DNA of 64,000 bases from Lama guanicoe (Eukaryota): NCBI GenBank assembly GCA_013239625.1, contig MU056000.1, forward strand, positions 15,342,851-15,406,850, given 5' to 3'. Below the pieces are notes generated by a model. It saw only the letters and a list, made by a program, of their open reading frames with translations, was not told the DNA's origin and ran no database searches. Of the stretch, positions 29,101 to 44,675 are shown piece by piece; the stretch's first letter is position 1; each line of letters begins with the position of its first letter. A program made the translations under genes and the position numbers.

Positions 29101-30393
29101 TATATTAATATAATATTTGTTTATAATTTTGTTACCATTTATACAATTCTCTAAGCTAAATAATTCATGAATATTTTAAACAGAATAAATGAAAGTTAAG
29201 TAATCAGATTATTTTGTGGAAAGAGCACTTTTAATCAGCTTCAATTGCATTCATTAGTAGTTGCATTATATGTATACACATACATAATTCAAGTATTGCA
29301 TGTATTTGGGGTTCAAACTCCTGTTTGCAAAATAACATTATCATTTTATGAATAACATCATTATCTAGTATGTGATTTTAAAATTATTTCCAATTATCTA
29401 AATGGAAATGTAAATTTGAAAGGTGCAAAACTATCTGTGAAATGGCTTACTTCCTGGATAAATTATTTTGATTAACAGTGATTGTTTTCTTAACTTCTCA
29501 GCTGACCTTATGTTATTCTAATTAATTATATGGAAATTAACATATATAAATTTAATGAAAATTTGCGGTAATAATCAATATATTTATTATCTCTGTACAT
29601 TTTTCTTGTTTCTTAGCTTCTTCAACTAATGGTTAGAATTTAATACATGCATAAGATATTATTCTATGTTCCTTGATGCTTTTCCTTCTCTAACTATTTA
29701 TTGAACAATTGCTATATAACACATTTAATTCTATTTTATAAAAATTTCCCTTTGTGAACTAAGACCTAGATAAGCACATGCCTAATTGCCATATTCCCTC
29801 CCTTTCCTTCTGTCATGTCCTTGAATTTTTAGGCAATGATAAATTATGTGTGTGACTCAGATGGAGTCCATCATATTCAGTTAGTAATAATCCATCACAA
29901 AGCTCAGGTAACAAGAAACATGCAGAAATAATTCTGATCATTAATGTCAAATTATAAGGCTTTACTTTGTAAACATGGGAAGATAATTTAATTTCTACCT
30001 CTCTCAATGTTATCTGAAAGTTATAGTCTAATCAGTTTATTTGTCTGGTAGTGATATTTAGAGACAGATTTTACATATTTGCTACCAAATATATATATAC
30101 ATATATATACACAATTTCTATATTATGTGTCTTTATATCTGTGTGTAAGTGTCTGTCTAATAGGTGGATTTGCAAAATAAAATAAAACTATGCCATTATA
30201 TCCTAAATTTATAGGAAGAGATGATTTGCTCTGCCACCAAAGAAGAAAGAAGTAAAGAAATATCAGAGCATACTGGAAGAAACTTTGCTTTATGCTTTTC
30301 GTATCTACAGCCACTATTGAAAATCACTATTTAAGATTTGCCTTTAAACTGATATTATTTAACGGTGTTATAAATTTAATTTTGGTGGTACTC

Positions 30394-30824
30394 TAATACG
30401 GACTGATGTTTGTGTCCCCCCTCCCAAATTCATATACTGAAGCTCTAACCCCCAGTGCAGCTGTAGTTGGAGATGGGGCTGTAATGAAGTAATTAGGGTT
30501 AAATGAGGTCTTAGGAGTGGAACTCTGATCTGATGGATTAGTGTCTTTATAAGACAGCATACCAGAGAGCTTCCCTCCTCTGTCTCATTCTCTGTCTCAT
30601 TTTCTGTCTCTCTCTATCTCTGCACATCTGCACAGAGGCACTGTGGAAAGGCTGTGTGAGGTCATAACCACAAGCACAAGCCAGGAGGACAGCCCTCACC
30701 AAAAACTAACTCGAACTGCGTTGGCTGGATTCTATCCTCCAGAACTATAAGAAAATAGATTTCTGTTGTGTTAAGCCACCCAGTTTGTGGTACTTTGTTA
30801 CGCCATCCTGAGCAGACTGATACA
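30394..30824 (+). mobile_element. MaLR solo LTR (MLT1A-like)
   Basis: ggactgatgtttgtgtcccc...aaattcatat...ctccagaact...ttaagccacccagtttgtggtactttgtta...gactgataca. Confidence 0.88.
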
Positions 30825-31239
30825 CAGTTTTAATGCCACTGTGTTCTAGTAATATTTTTGTTAGCATACTATTAAATCAAATGACAAGGCAAGAGTTTGT
30901 TACATACAATCTAATCAAGATGTAATGAAAACTCGTGCCAAAACAGTTACAGGAAAAAGCAGAGGAAGGGGCAGGTATATTAAGAACATAGATATATACA
31001 CAATTTGTTACTGGATTTGAAGTGGAAGTTACTGGATACGAAGTGAAGTCCTAATGCTTGTGGGTATGGAATGGTATATGAAGCACCCTCAAAAAGAAGA
31101 GAAGGCTCATAAAAAACATATGTTTAATTGTGTAATTGTGCAATGTTTCTGGATTAATCTTTCTGGATCCTATTTGAGGCCAACTCCTTCACGCATGCAC
31201 AGGATTGATTCTCTGTTACTTGTTCAGAAGCTTTACTCC

Positions 31240-32460
31240 AGAGACTTGATATTTCAGTCATGGTAGAGTGGGTGGTACTAGACTGGCTCTCCTCCCCTTA
31301 ACTACTATACACAAGACAAAATGTGTGAAATAGCTATTTTTGGTTATAGAAGAAGAAAGCAGCACATGATGTGATTCCCCTGCTGGAGGGAAAGAAAAAA
31401 GGCTGGCTGTTACATCACCCAGGATTTTTGCTTGGAAGCACGTTCAGGACTAGGGCTCAGTGAAGAGGAACACGGAGGTCGGAGAATGGAAATAGGTGGA
31501 ATTTGTGTGATCCAGGGTACCAGAGCAAAGGGCGTTGAGAGAGAGTGACTTCCAGAAATCTACAAAAGAGTCCCATTCTACGAGGGACAGAATAGAAAAC
31601 TGCATGCACAGATTGACTTTATAGAGCCAGTCAAGGAATCGCCATTGGGTAGCTTTCAACTGTAGGGCCAGCAGAGCTCATATAAGGCTAAGAAATATTT
31701 GAGTTCTAATAGGACAAAATTAAGAAACACTTGGAAGCATCATAGGGTTTCAGTAGAGACCCCTGAAATGATCTGGGCTAAGAATCATACTGTTCTAGAC
31801 CTAGAGTAAAGGCTGATCTATGCCTGCTCTAACAGCATGTACACATGAGCATCAAATACATCTGATCTATCTGCAAGTAAATTAAATATATAATCAAATA
31901 AAGCACAATGTTCTATTAAAGAAGATGACAAAATCTAAACATAGAAAATAAAATATCCACAAGATTTAGCAAACAAATAAAATGACTAAAGTTGTAAAAA
32001 GTGTAAGAAAATCTGACTCATAATCAAGAGATAGACCAGACAATAGACACAAGTCCAGAAATGATAGATATGGTGAAGTTTGCAAAAGAAAGGGAAAGTT
32101 GAAAATGAAAGAAAAAAGTTGAAAGTGCAGAAGGGACAGACTTTCTGTGACTTGTGAGACAAAAGTATTTTGCTCCTTAAATTTGTAACTGAAGTCTCAG
32201 ACAAGGAAGAGAGAGTAGTAACAGTATAAAATAATACTTTAGGTATTTCTTTAGGAGTTTCTCCTACAATTAATCATGCACTTAGCTTGTAACCCACTAT
32301 TTCCATTTCTAGTTACTAACCCAAGACAAATGAAAAGAACACAAATAGGTTTTCAAATAATGTTCATAACAGCTTTATTAATAGCCTTCAACTAGAAATC
32401 ACCCAAATTTTCACCAACTGGAAATGAATACTAATTGTCATATATTTATTAAATGTAACA
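31240..32460 (+). mobile_element. Very old L1M fragments (5' region, ORF1-like, 3' pieces)
   Basis: A-rich L1-like motifs (caatagacacaagtccagaaatgatagatatgg; aatgttcataacagctttattaatagcc). Confidence 0.5.
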
Positions 32461-32914
32461 TCCTCCCTTACTTGGTCTACAGTAACAGTCTGTAATTATT
32501 TTCCCTGATTCCAATCTTTCTTTATATTTTCTTTAGGCCAGCCAGAGTAAAGTTTCCAAATGTCAATTCCCCAATGAAAACTTTTCGTTTTATCTTTGCT
32601 TCCCATCACACTGAAAATACCATTGAAAATCTAGTCATAATAGAGTGGTTTGGCACTGGGTTCACCAGTCTGAATGAGTCCCCTGCTCATTGCTTATTAC
32701 CGATAAGGCATTAAAATGGAACGACATCAAGTACATTTTCTTTATAGATGCTAAAACAATAGTGCATAATCCAAGTTATTAACATTCTAGTGTTCACGAG
32801 TTATTACTTACTTACCTCAATTACTCACTAGTTTTATTCACTTCGGAAATTTTTTAAAATGTAAATTTTAAAGATATTTTCAAATTTGATTTCTATTTTA
32901 ACAGAACATATAAC

Positions 32915-33395
32915 TCTTGTTAGTTTTCTATAGCTGCTATAAGAAATCAACCAAATCGGGCCAATTCAAATAACAGTAATTTACGCTTCAGAGTTCTGAA
33001 GGCCACAAGTCCAAAATCAGTTTCCGCAGGCCAAAATTAAGGTGCAGTCACTCTGTCCGGAGGCTCCAGCGGAGAACCTGTCTTCTTCCTCTTCCAAATT
33101 CCAGCTGCTCCTGGACTTCCTTTGCTTGTGGCTGTATCCTTCCAATCTTGCAGGCTGGCACCTTCCACTCTCACTCTCCTCTGTCTTCACATTAGTGTCC
33201 TCCTCTGTATTTTTCAGATCTCCAACTTCCTTTCTTTGGTAAGGATAAACGTCTTTGCATTGCATTTAGGGCCCACTCAGATAATCCAGGATCATCCTCA
33301 TCCTCAACTTTATCTTTTCTGCAAAAACTTTTTTCCAAATAAGATGACATTCACAGGTTCCATGGATTCGCCTATGAATATCTTTAGGGGAAACT
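32915..33395 (-). mobile_element. MaLR solo LTR (MLT1D-like)
   Basis: ttagttttctatagctgcta...aagtccaaaatc...gcatttagggcccactcagataatccagga...aaataagatgacattcacaggttcca. Accounts for the overlapping ORFs at 33.0-33.4 kb. Confidence 0.87.
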
Positions 33396-34443
33396 TTTTT
33401 TTTTAATTTACTGTAATAATTAAGAAGTAATTTATCAAACATACTAGTAATGACATCTGTAAATATATGTGCTGTGTATATTATAACATCCAGGAGATTT
33501 TTTTTTCTTCTTACTACTGCAATAAACTCAAACACTATTCTACAACTTTCAAATTATTGCCAAAAATGAGAAATGTATTTATTTTATTGAAGCTTAACAT
33601 GTATTTCTTGTTCTACTGAGTGAACCATTGAATTCTTTCTATATCTTTGTCATACACTGTACTTAGTTACTTAGGACCATGTTGTGGCAGGAAATAAATG
33701 AACATAATGGTACAAAGGGAATTTAGAAGGTTGTGGGATGAAATAAGATAATTACTATGAAGCTGTATGTGTAAAGTGCTATGCAGATGTTATTTTTCAA
33801 CTCCCAAATGGTGAAATCATGACACATAGTGAGGCCTATAGTCAATTTCTAGGGATTAAAATTAAGATGCAGACATCACTGAGTGTCTTTACTTCCACAA
33901 TTCTCCAAATTCATCTATTATAAAATCTTCTGCAGAGTGAGTATAAGTATTTCATATCACGTATCAGGGATCCAGCAGAATCATTTCTTGTTATTACAGA
34001 AAAGACTTGAAGTCCTTCAAAATATCCAGTATACTGGGGTCCACAACCCCATAATGAAAACTTTATTACTTTGCCTTAAGCTAAGCAGGTGCTTTTATCC
34101 ACCTTCTTAAAATTAAAAATGTCACTGAACAAAATAATGTTTTCAATAAAAAATATTTCCACTACAAAAGAGTTTCTCAGATAATCTTGACACACAAGGA
34201 AAGAAATGCACAACGTAGGTGCACAAGACTAAAGAGTTGTAGTGCAACCAGATATCATGCTTTCTTCACAGACTAACCAAGCAATTCCTTGTCTGAATAT
34301 TCTGCTCAAAATTCACTGTTCTGTTTATGTTTTTCCAACCTACTGAAGTTTTGATTCAAGGACAAAGATAACAATCCACTGGTTATTTCATTTGTCCTTC
34401 TAAAATTTGATTTCTATTCTATTTGTATATATAATACTGAGAT

Positions 34444-34953
34444 TGAAACAGAGAAGAACAAGACTGACTCCACATTGGGTCTCTTCCTTTAGCTCTGACC
34501 CTTGTGCTCTGTTGCCTGTGCTCAGTCATGCTGGGTCTGCACCTTTGTCAATCAGTAAATAGCCTGAAACATGCATGGGAGCCCTTTCTCAAGGCTCTGC
34601 CTCTCAGGTTTGACCTTTAAAGACATAGCACTTTTTCTTAATATAGAGAGAGAAGGTTGTAGCACAGAAAATAAAACTTGCTCATTGACGGTTTACAGGA
34701 ACATTATGACCAGATCTGTGTGGAGAGCTGCAAGAATAAAGGATTACCACATCCTCTCCAGAGTCTGGTCCGTCTCTTTTAACATAAAAGAAGCCCGAAT
34801 TCTACCTTAGATAAGACGGTTCCTTGGCACACTACTTCACCATCTTCTTAGTCTGCTGGCTTTCCAAATAAAATCACTATTCCATGTTTCAACATCTACT
34901 CTCTCAATTTATTGGCCTGTTGTGCAGTGAGCAGATGAATGTGTACTTGGCCA
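34444..34953 (+). mobile_element. ERV solo LTR (ERV1-like)
   Basis: TG start (tgaaacagag...gactccacattgg), a TATA-like element (cataaaagaagccc), aataaaatcactattcc, and a U5-like tail ttattggcctgttgtgcagtgagcag. No clean TSD seen. Confidence 0.7.
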
Positions 34954-36259
34954 CTATTCACCCCATATTCTGAATGGAAAGCTTACAAAAACTAAATGTT
35001 ATAAGTAAAAACAAAAGTGGAGGGCTAAAAATTAACTGAAAGTAGAAGCCCATTCATTGTACAACTGTATAAATAATGTTTGTGTTGCATGATGCTAACA
35101 ATTTACTTTTTATGGATTCTAAAGAGATATAATATGCACAGAGGAAACCGTGCAATTGACCAATTCATCATGAGAATAAAGCATAATTGACAATCTCCCT
35201 CTCTGAAGGCTCCAAACTTAGGAATGCCAATTTTATATATTTAATTGATGTATGCATATGTATTTGGGTATGTCTATATATGTATGATTAAATATACATT
35301 GGATTATATATGTATATATTTGACTTAATTGTCTAGAAATCAGAGAATATGAAAGTTTTGATAATCTTTATTTCTCCACTGTATAGCATAATATCTAGAC
35401 AAAGTAGATAATAAATATTTGCTATCTGAATAAATGCATTATGAATAATAACAACAATAAAGTTGTCAGCTAATTTAATAAAGGGTTGAAAAAGTATAAA
35501 AAGTAATAAAATTGAAACCTTATTACATGGCTGTAGATCATTTTCAAAATGAACTTGGCATCTGGTTAGATAAGCAAACTCATTATTTTATACAACTACT
35601 GTGAGAATAGTCAATTTGCTGGTGCAGAGTGTAACGATTTACTATGAATCCTAAAACAAAATTATTTTTAAATGCTTTGGTGACATTTATTAAGTAATCA
35701 CATGACCAGATCCTACCAGCTTGGAAAAGAAAGAGGGTTACATTAAAGCATGTCATTTCACCCTTTGTGGTAAATTAAAGAAATAGCAACTGGATATATA
35801 TTAACTATGATGTGTTGTGGGGAGGGGTAAGTACACTTCTAAAATTATAGTAAATTTTTTCCTGAAATTCTTTATAATCTATCTGTCATTATTTATATAA
35901 ACTCATATGGAAACAGAATATAGGTATACAATTCTCCTGAGTGGTACAAATTAGATCCACAATTAATAATATTCCTTAAAAGAATGAATGAATGCAGGCC
36001 CCCAAGAGAGTGTAACTATGTGTTTTTGTTTTTGTTTTTTGCTTAAAGTGACTTGAAAAACTTTATAATAAGCAAAAGAAAACAAAAGATAAATAAATCA
36101 CTTTGTATAAAGAAAAAGGATTCTTGAAAGAATCATCCCTCAATTTCCAAAACATATTTAGGTCACAAATACTTTGCTCTGGTTCAAGGACTGTGTAACT
36201 TACGTTAGTGAAAATTGTGTAAATACTCCCAAAAAGATAAGAGAAAAGGGAAGAAAAAT

Positions 36260-36453
36260 GGGTGAAATGTAACTAATAGTTAAATCTATAAATAAATAAG
36301 CAACAAGGATATATTGTACAGCACAGGGACACACAGTTATTATTTTGCAATAACTTTGAAGGGAGTATCATCTCTTAAAAATACTGAATCACTATGTTGT
36401 ACGTCTGAAACTAATGTAATATTGAAAATCAACTGGACTTCAATTAAAAAAAG
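36260..36453 (+). mobile_element. L1 3' end fragment (L1MA/laurasiatherian type)
   Basis: caacaaggatatattgtacagcacaggga...aatcactatgttgtacgtctgaaactaa...ttcaattaaaaaaa. Confidence 0.82.
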
Positions 36454-37992
36454 TTACTCTATAAAGTTGGAAGCTTGATTTTCTGCTGAGATATGTAAGA
36501 AGAAGAGTGGTGTGTGTCAGTGATTGGAAATGAACCTAGCAGATAATTTTAAAACAACTTCTATACAGAATGGAAAATGAAATAGACTAGAGATAAGTAA
36601 AAGATTATCAGGCTTAGGGATGTCAAGGGGAGACAGAGACATGATATGGAAAGAGCTTAACCACTGAAGTCAGTCTAACAAATGTCCATATCAGGCTTCT
36701 GAAAATTATTAGCTTTGAGACCATGGGAAATTATATAACTTCTCAATGCCTCAATTTTCACATTTGAAAAAAAACTAACGGTTCAAATGTTGTTACTAAG
36801 AAATTGATGAAAATGCATTTTCCTTTTGAGTGAACTTCAAGGTGAAATGTGACGTGTGTGCTGCAATAAGAAAAAAGGTTTACTTTTCCAATATACTGAT
36901 TTTCTTTAAGATTAGAGTTCTCTTGACAGAAGGGTCCACTTTAAGAGGCAAGCATCTTTAATACTGAACGGAGCAGACATAAGAGCATATGTATTTATTT
37001 CCGTTTATGTGGAAATAGTTCTTTACCAGGTATAAAATTGGAAGGTTTTAGAGCCATCATTGTTTTTGTTGCTGCTGTTTTCACTTGGTTTTACTTCTGT
37101 CTTCAGAACTGTCACTTAAGAGCGATGTGACTCCCAGTGTGTTGTTTGATCAGGTTGAGAATCTGTATTTGCTTTGTGAAATGAGGGGTAATAATTTCAC
37201 AGGGGTTGTGTGGATGAAAATGAAAGATACGAAAACATATAGCTGTGACTGAAACATATTATGTTACCACTAAATGTTTATTTAAACCTTCTTCCAGTAT
37301 TAAAAATTATATGCCTGTATATAAGAAAATAAGAATAGGACTAATCTCTAAATATACTTTTTCTTAATTTATAAACTATACTATTGTTTCTATATAAGGT
37401 TACCCTAAGCTTTGTAAATTACTCATGTTACTTACATGCATGCAAGATTCTACTCCTAGAAGAGCAAATTCTCTGAGCCAAAAGATAACATCCTGGCAAG
37501 AACAAAAGATTTAAGCATGTCTGTAATAGGCTTTCTGAATGTGACTTTACCTGGGTAGTTTACAGACCCCATAATAAAACTGGATTTTAAGGGTTATTAT
37601 TTTACATTTTATTTCTGTGTCCACAGCAGAAACATTCATAGGCTCAGCACCTGAAGTATTTTTATAATTTTATGTTGCATATGACCTTTTCACTATTTCA
37701 AGAATTTAAGGGATGTTATAATAAATGCTCATTATAAACTATAATGAGGAAAGGCTGGAATTTTGCTTTGCTCATTCTTTGTGTCCATCAGTTTAATGAC
37801 TTGTTAAGAAAAAGGACTTTTCTCACATTACTATCCTAAATGGGAACTTTGTATGCCATATTGTTGTAGTTGGGCAAATGTGTGTACAGCAGTTACAAAA
37901 TATCAAATTCTACCTTCATTTAATAACATTGTTGGGTTTAAGAAATGATAGATCATTGTATGTAATATTTTGAGCCAAATATATGTTTGCAT

Positions 37993-38017
37993 ACACACAC
38001 ACACACACACACACACA
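37993..38017. repeat. (AC)12 microsatellite
   Basis: Direct reading. Confidence 0.95.
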
Positions 38018-38284
38018 AGCAATCACATTTAAAAACACATGTGGCAAGAACACTAGAATGGAATGTTTACTGCATTTCATTTGTTTTTTTAAAACACTCT
38101 TCAATTAAATTTTAGTCTAGTTTATTTCAATTAAGTGAAAAATTGGCTCTTTATATTAGCTACATATTTTATATGGTGAAAAATATAACAATAACATATG
38201 AATGTATATAACAGCATGGAATAAGAAGTTTCCCATGCAACACATTTTAAAATTTTAAAAAAAATAGATTGCTTTTTTCTTTTA

Positions 38285-41200
38285 AAGCTATAATATTGGA
38301 CAGATACTTTTGAAGATCACAGACTTGAGACACAGTCTTACTAAAACACTGAGATTTAATCAGAGGATTATATAGAACTTTCCCCGTTTTCAACACCTTT
38401 CCACACAAAAGGACTCCAGTATAATGTTCTAAAACACCAATTAGAAGTCAGAGAGAGGATTAAGAACACACACAGTTATATTTTGCATGAAAATGGGAAT
38501 GACATTAAATCATAAAGATGCTGTGAGGGTAAAAGTAAAGGGATAGATAACAGTTCTACGCTGTGCTAGTAACACTCAAAAGAAAACTGGAGTACCTATA
38601 TTCATTTCAGACAAAGCAGACTTCAGAACAAAGCAGAAGACTACTAGAGATTTAAAAAAAAAAAAGGGAATTTACCAGGCATAAAGAAAGAATCAACTCT
38701 CCAGGAAGACCTATAATCTTAAATATATATAAGGCAAAAATTGATAGAAATTAAAGGAGAGATAGAAAAAGCTTATAAAAAGGCTCTTTAGAAGATACTT
38801 CAACATCTTTTTGTCAGTAACTGAGAGAGAAAGGAGGAGGAAAATCAGCAAAATATTCATTCTTTGAATGGCACTATCAATCAACATTATCTAATTAACA
38901 TTATAGACTTCTCCACCAAAAGACAGTAGAATACACATTCTTCTCAAGGTGATATGGAACAATCACTACGATAGACCTTCTTCTGTGCTATAAAATACAC
39001 CTTAATAAATATTTCAAAATCACACAAAATTCCTCAACTCACACTGAGATTAAAGCAGAAATATAACTGAAAAAAAAATTCCCTAAGTGTTTGGAAATTA
39101 AGCAACATTTTTTAAAATAACACATGCATTTGATATGTTTCCAGATAAATTAAATATATATTTTGGACTAAATCAAATGAAAATACAGCTTTTCAAAATT
39201 TGAGAGATGCAATGAAAATAGTCTACAGAGGGAAACATGTGGCCTTAAATGCATACATTAGAAAAGAAGAAAGATATAAAATAAGTAACCTCAGGCTCTA
39301 TCTTGGAGAGCTAGGAAGAACAATTTAAGCTTAAAATGATTCAAAAAAAAATTGAAACGAGAACAGAAATCAATAAAATATGAAACAAGAATTAAAAAAT
39401 TCAATAAAAACAAACCCTGGTTCTTTGAAAAGATCAATAAAATTGACAAAATTACAATGAGACTAACCAGGAAAAAAGAAAGTGAGAAGATAACAAATGA
39501 ATAATAAAAGAAATGAAAAAAGGAGGGTCATCACCGTGCATCCATAGATATCAAAATGATAATATGACTAATACTGTGAGCAAATCTATGCCCACAGATT
39601 TGACAATTTACATATAACGGCTCAATTGCATGAAACAACAGACTACCAGACAAGGACAAGACTATCACACAACTCACACAAGGAGAAATAAATAATCTGG
39701 AGAACAGTTTCTATTAAATAAATTCATGATTAATGTTTCCAACAGAAACAACAAAGTTGAGGCCCAAATTATATCACTAAGGAATTCTACCAAGCAGTGA
39801 ATAAATAATACAAATTGCACACGGTATTTCCAGAATATACAGTGATAAGTAATAATACTTCATTTATTTAATGAAGTCAATATTATCATAACATAAAAAG
39901 CAGAAATGACTTTAAATTAAGGGAAAATAAAAACTGCTATATTTTATATATAATACGATTTGTTGAGGAGTTTTATATTTTTCCTTAATTTCAATGACAT
40001 TTCTGATTTTGATATCAGAGTGGTGTATGTGTAGCACAAACAAGTATGATTTATTTAAAGTTCAAGGCTGTTTCAACATTTAAAAATTAATCACTATAAT
40101 CCACCATATCAACAGGCTAACAAAGAAAAATACTTTGATTGTAGCATTTAACATAGAAAAAAATTGACAAAATTTAACAGCCATTTACAATTTTAAAATC
40201 TCAGCAAACTAGAAAAAAAGAGGAACATTCACAATTTGATTATTAAAAATCTAAAAAATATATATATCAAACATCACACAATAATGAAGGACTCTACACT
40301 TCCCTTAAGTTTGGAAACATGGCAAGAATGTCTGCTATCACCATTGCTATTCAACATCATAGTAGAATTCTTAGCTGGTACAATACAAGAAAAATAAGAT
40401 AAAAAGGAACATATTGATTGGATGAAAAAAATGTCTTAATTTAAATATGACATGACTATCTGTGTATAAAATCCATATCATCTACAAAAAATATTCTGAA
40501 GTGATAAGCAAATATAGCAAGATGGCAGAAATACAAGTGAAATTTAAACAAAGTAAACTGGTTTCCTATGTATCAGCATTAAGACAAGAACTGCAATTTT
40601 TTAAAATGCCATTTATAATATACACCAAAAAATTTAGGTATAAATCTAATAAACTATGTACAAGAGCTATATGCCAAAAAAAATGCAAAAAATTATGAAA
40701 GAAATCAAAGAACATCTAAATCAAAAGAGAGATTTTGTACTTTTAAATCTCTGTTTATGGATTAGAAGACTCAATATTGTTAAGATTTAATGCTTCCAAT
40801 TTGATGTATAGGTTTTATACAATATCTGTTAAAATCCTAACAAGCGACCTTGTAGATATAAACAAATTGGCTCTGAACTCATGTGAAAGACAAAAACCTA
40901 GAATAGTCAACAAAACATTGAAAAACAAAGTTGAAATACTCATACTCCCAGATTTCAAGACTTGCATAAAGTGACAGTAACCAAAATAGCTTGATTTTGT
41001 AAAAAAAAAAGAAAAGACACAAAGATCAGTAGAACTGAATAGAGTCCACATTTATGTTCATGTAATTTATGACAAAGACAATTTAATAGAGAATGGACAG
41101 TCCTTTAAACAAAATATGCTGGAAAAATTCCATGTTCATATGCAAAAGTAAAATGTGCTCAGCACACAAAATATATCCTTCATAAAAATTCACTCAGGAT

Positions 41201-43900
41201 GGATTATGCATCCAAAATTAAAGTGCAGTCTCTTGAAGAGAATGTGGGAGAAAAATCCAAGTGACCTTGGGTTTGGTGATGACTTTGCGATACAGTCACA
41301 AAAGCTTGACCTATGAAATAAATAATTAATTGGACTATATTAAAATTAAAGATGTCTGCTTTGTAAGATACACATGAGAATTAAAAGACAAGCTGCAAAC
41401 TGGCAGAAAATATTTGCAAAGCCTCTATCATGAAAGACTTGTATCCAAAATACACAAAGATCTCTTAAAACCAAACAGTAGGAAAATAGATAAAAGCAAT
41501 TATAAAAAGGACATATACTTGAACAACACCTTAACAAAGAAGATATATAGATGACATGGCATATAAGGATATAAAGAGATGTTAAACATAATTTGTTACT
41601 AAGAAATATTAATTTTAAAAAAGTAAACAGTGAGATATCACTGCATACCTATCAGAATGGCTAAACCCTAAGCTGACAATACCAAAACCAAAATTTCTGA
41701 GGATGGATAGCAGTGAAGCTCTCATACATTGCTGATGGAAATGCAAAATAGCACAGCCACTTTGGAAGACATTCTGGCAGTTTCTTTCAAAATAAAACTT
41801 AGTTAGTCCAATAACTCAGGTCCCAGGTATTTATCCAAATGATTAAAAAACTCTGTTTATATTAAAACCCATGCATGAGTATTTTTAGCAGCTTTACTTG
41901 TAATCGCAAAAAAACTTGAAGCAACCAAAATATCACCCTATATGTGAATTGATAAACAAACTGTGGTACATTCACACGGTGGAATGATATTCAGTGTTAA
42001 AAAGAAATGGGCTATTGTATCACAGAAAGATACGTTTATGTCTAAAATATGTATCGCTAAGTGAAAAAACCAGTGTGAAAAGCCTACATGCTGTATGATT
42101 TTGTTTATATAACAATCTGGAAAAGACAAAACCATAAAGACAGTATGGATATGAGTGGTTTCCAGGAATCAGGGAATATTTGAAAAACAAAGGATTTTTT
42201 TTAAAGCGATGAAACTATTTTATAAATGGACTGTAATAGTGAATACACAGCAGCATGCTTTTGTCAAAATCAACAAAACTTTACAGCACAAAGGTTAAAT
42301 CTGAATGTATAAAAAATTGTTTCAATATATTTTTAAGAAATCGGAGGATCCAAGGATTGAATGAAGAATGTGAGAAAATAATCTAATTGTTTGAGGAATG
42401 GTTGACACAACCTCACTGAAGGGGGTGGTGAAAAGGATGTGGCTTAAGTCACTTTGGAAATGAAAGGGGAGTCTGTAAGACTGAGGTAACTCTGATGAAG
42501 TTGTTTTGCATGAGAGTGTGAGTTAACAATTCTGACATATTATTCATACGCCCTGTAATTGAATAACTAAGTAAATGAATAGCAAATGTTGAGAAGTAGG
42601 CTTTTCAGTGTTGGAAGGAGGGGTTACATAGTGAGAGAGAAGGCTGTCTATAATGGACCACGTTATAAAACGGATTAAAGTCTGAGATATCAGCGTGAAC
42701 TCACTTTTAGTTTGTAAAGGTACAACTGGCTACATATAGAAGCATTTATATGTGAGCACGGGTGTGTATGCTTGTACATTAGTTGATATACACACATATA
42801 TTCCCTTGTTCTGTCATTTGATGGGATCTAGAAATACAAACACCTCAGGAGCAAGGAGCACTCTTAACATCCAGATCTTTGTAATATAATTTTCCAGCAA
42901 AGGAAAGCAAGGTTTTTTTAAAAGGAAATGCTGATTCTAGAACTGGGGCAAGGAAATACACAAGATGGGCATGGGGTTTATAGTGTGAGAAAGTGCTCAA
43001 GACGTGCAAACCAACCAACCATGGAATCAAAACAAAAACTAAATAGCGATGAAGATTTGTAAATAGCACAGGTACTACCTGAAATAGCTTTATAATAAAG
43101 CAGTATTTGATTATGAGCCACAATATCAAATTAATATCTATGGATTCCTACTCAAATAAATAAGTGATTGAATAAATAAGTGGAGAATAGACAAATCTCC
43201 AAGGTAGAAGAACTTCAAATACTTTGTCGATATTTTGCCCTCAAGAGGTGGAACAACACTCTGCACTTTTAAATTGTGGGCTATGCAGAATGGACCTTCG
43301 ACCAAGGAGTACAGTATGGATTTGGGGAAAAACAAATAATTTACAGTGAAGAAACTTGGGAAATGACCTCAGCCAGATGATCAAGGTTAACACCAATAGC
43401 AGTAAGTCACTTTGATAGTATGTTCCTTTGATATGATGTGGTGAGAGTAGCACTTTACGTCTGTGGTCTTCTTTCTAAAAATATAGCCCAATCATAGTCC
43501 AATATAGTCCAATCATAAGACAAAAAAAAATCAGACAAATACCAATAAGGAATATTCTACAAAATGCTTAACCAGTAATTCTCAAAACTATATATATATA
43601 TATGTGTGTGTGTGTGTATATATATATTTTTTTTTTAACAAAGGAAAGTGAGAAACTCTTATAGCCATGAAAAGAAGAAGATCTGATGACCACATGTAAC
43701 GTGCTCTCGAGTGTGAAATTCTGCAACAGAAAAAGTACATTAGGTAAAAATAAAGACAATCTGAACAAAGTGTGGATTTCAGTTAATAAAAAGGTATAAA
43801 TATTTGTTCATTAATTGTAACAAATGTGCCAAACTAATATGATAAATGTATGACTGGGTGTGGAAAATATAATAACTTTTCATTCTGCCTTAGTTATTTT
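38285..43900 (+). mobile_element. Large decayed L1 (L1MC/L1MD-like): disrupted ORF2 (~38.5-42.0 kb) and long 3'UTR
   Basis: L1 motifs in the expected order: tcagacaaagcagacttcag, gaatacacattcttctcaag, ggttctttgaaaagatcaataaaattgacaaa, ctattcaacatcata, cagccactttggaagac, ttaattgtaacaaatgt. Many stops and frameshifts. Confidence 0.9.
43588..43626. repeat. Compound (TA)n(TG)n(TA)n microsatellite
   Basis: Direct reading. Confidence 0.9.
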
Positions 43901-44634
43901 TTTTAAATTGTGTTTATTTCAATAGCAAAACAGCGATGTAATTTGAGAGTCTGTCAGGAAGGGGTAATGGTACTGGATATGAAGATCATGAGTAGCTCAG
44001 TGGAAATACAATTTAGAGAGAGAGAGAAGGAAAGAGACAGAGAGACAGAGAGAGAGTGAGAAAAGGCACAGGGCAGTCCAGAGCCCAATAAGAACACAAG
44101 TACTAAACTCTGAAAGAGACAGATAGGGGCTTGGATTTAGTGAACGTGAAGCCAGTGGACTGGCCAGATACATGTGTTCAGAAAGTAGCTAATATATGCA
44201 AGTAAAACTTCCTCGTCTTGCTTAAAGAGAAAATGTATAAATAAAGATTCAAGGATTCTTTAAGTATTATTTGTACAGAAATAAAACCCACCATTATAAC
44301 AAGAGAGCTCCAAATGTCAATGGCATAAAAAAGAAATGAGAACAGATGGGAGAACTCTGTGGGTTTATTTACTTAGACTCTCTAAAGGGTATGCAAAGCA
44401 TTAGAAGAAGAAAGGGAAAATGAGTGAACTAAGAGATGTAAGCAGAAATTGAAGATAAGATATGAAGATATGCTTAACTCTACGGGTATTTCAGAAAGGT
44501 GAAAGGATCATTGGGGTTTTTCAATTATAAAACTACTAGTGAATATCAAAGGAGCACAGAAGGAATAAAGACCAGATGTCAGGTTGTTGACTGGTCAGGT
44601 ATGAGTGAGCAAGGGGAGTGCAGTATACTGTATC

Positions 44635-44675
44635 TCATGGGTTAAGGGCTGGAGTGTGCAGCAGCAGCAGCATCA

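Noticed and set aside
38285..43900. Reverse transcriptase/endonuclease-like fragments as an active or novel element
   Set aside because: Ordinary old L1 with many stops and frameshifts.
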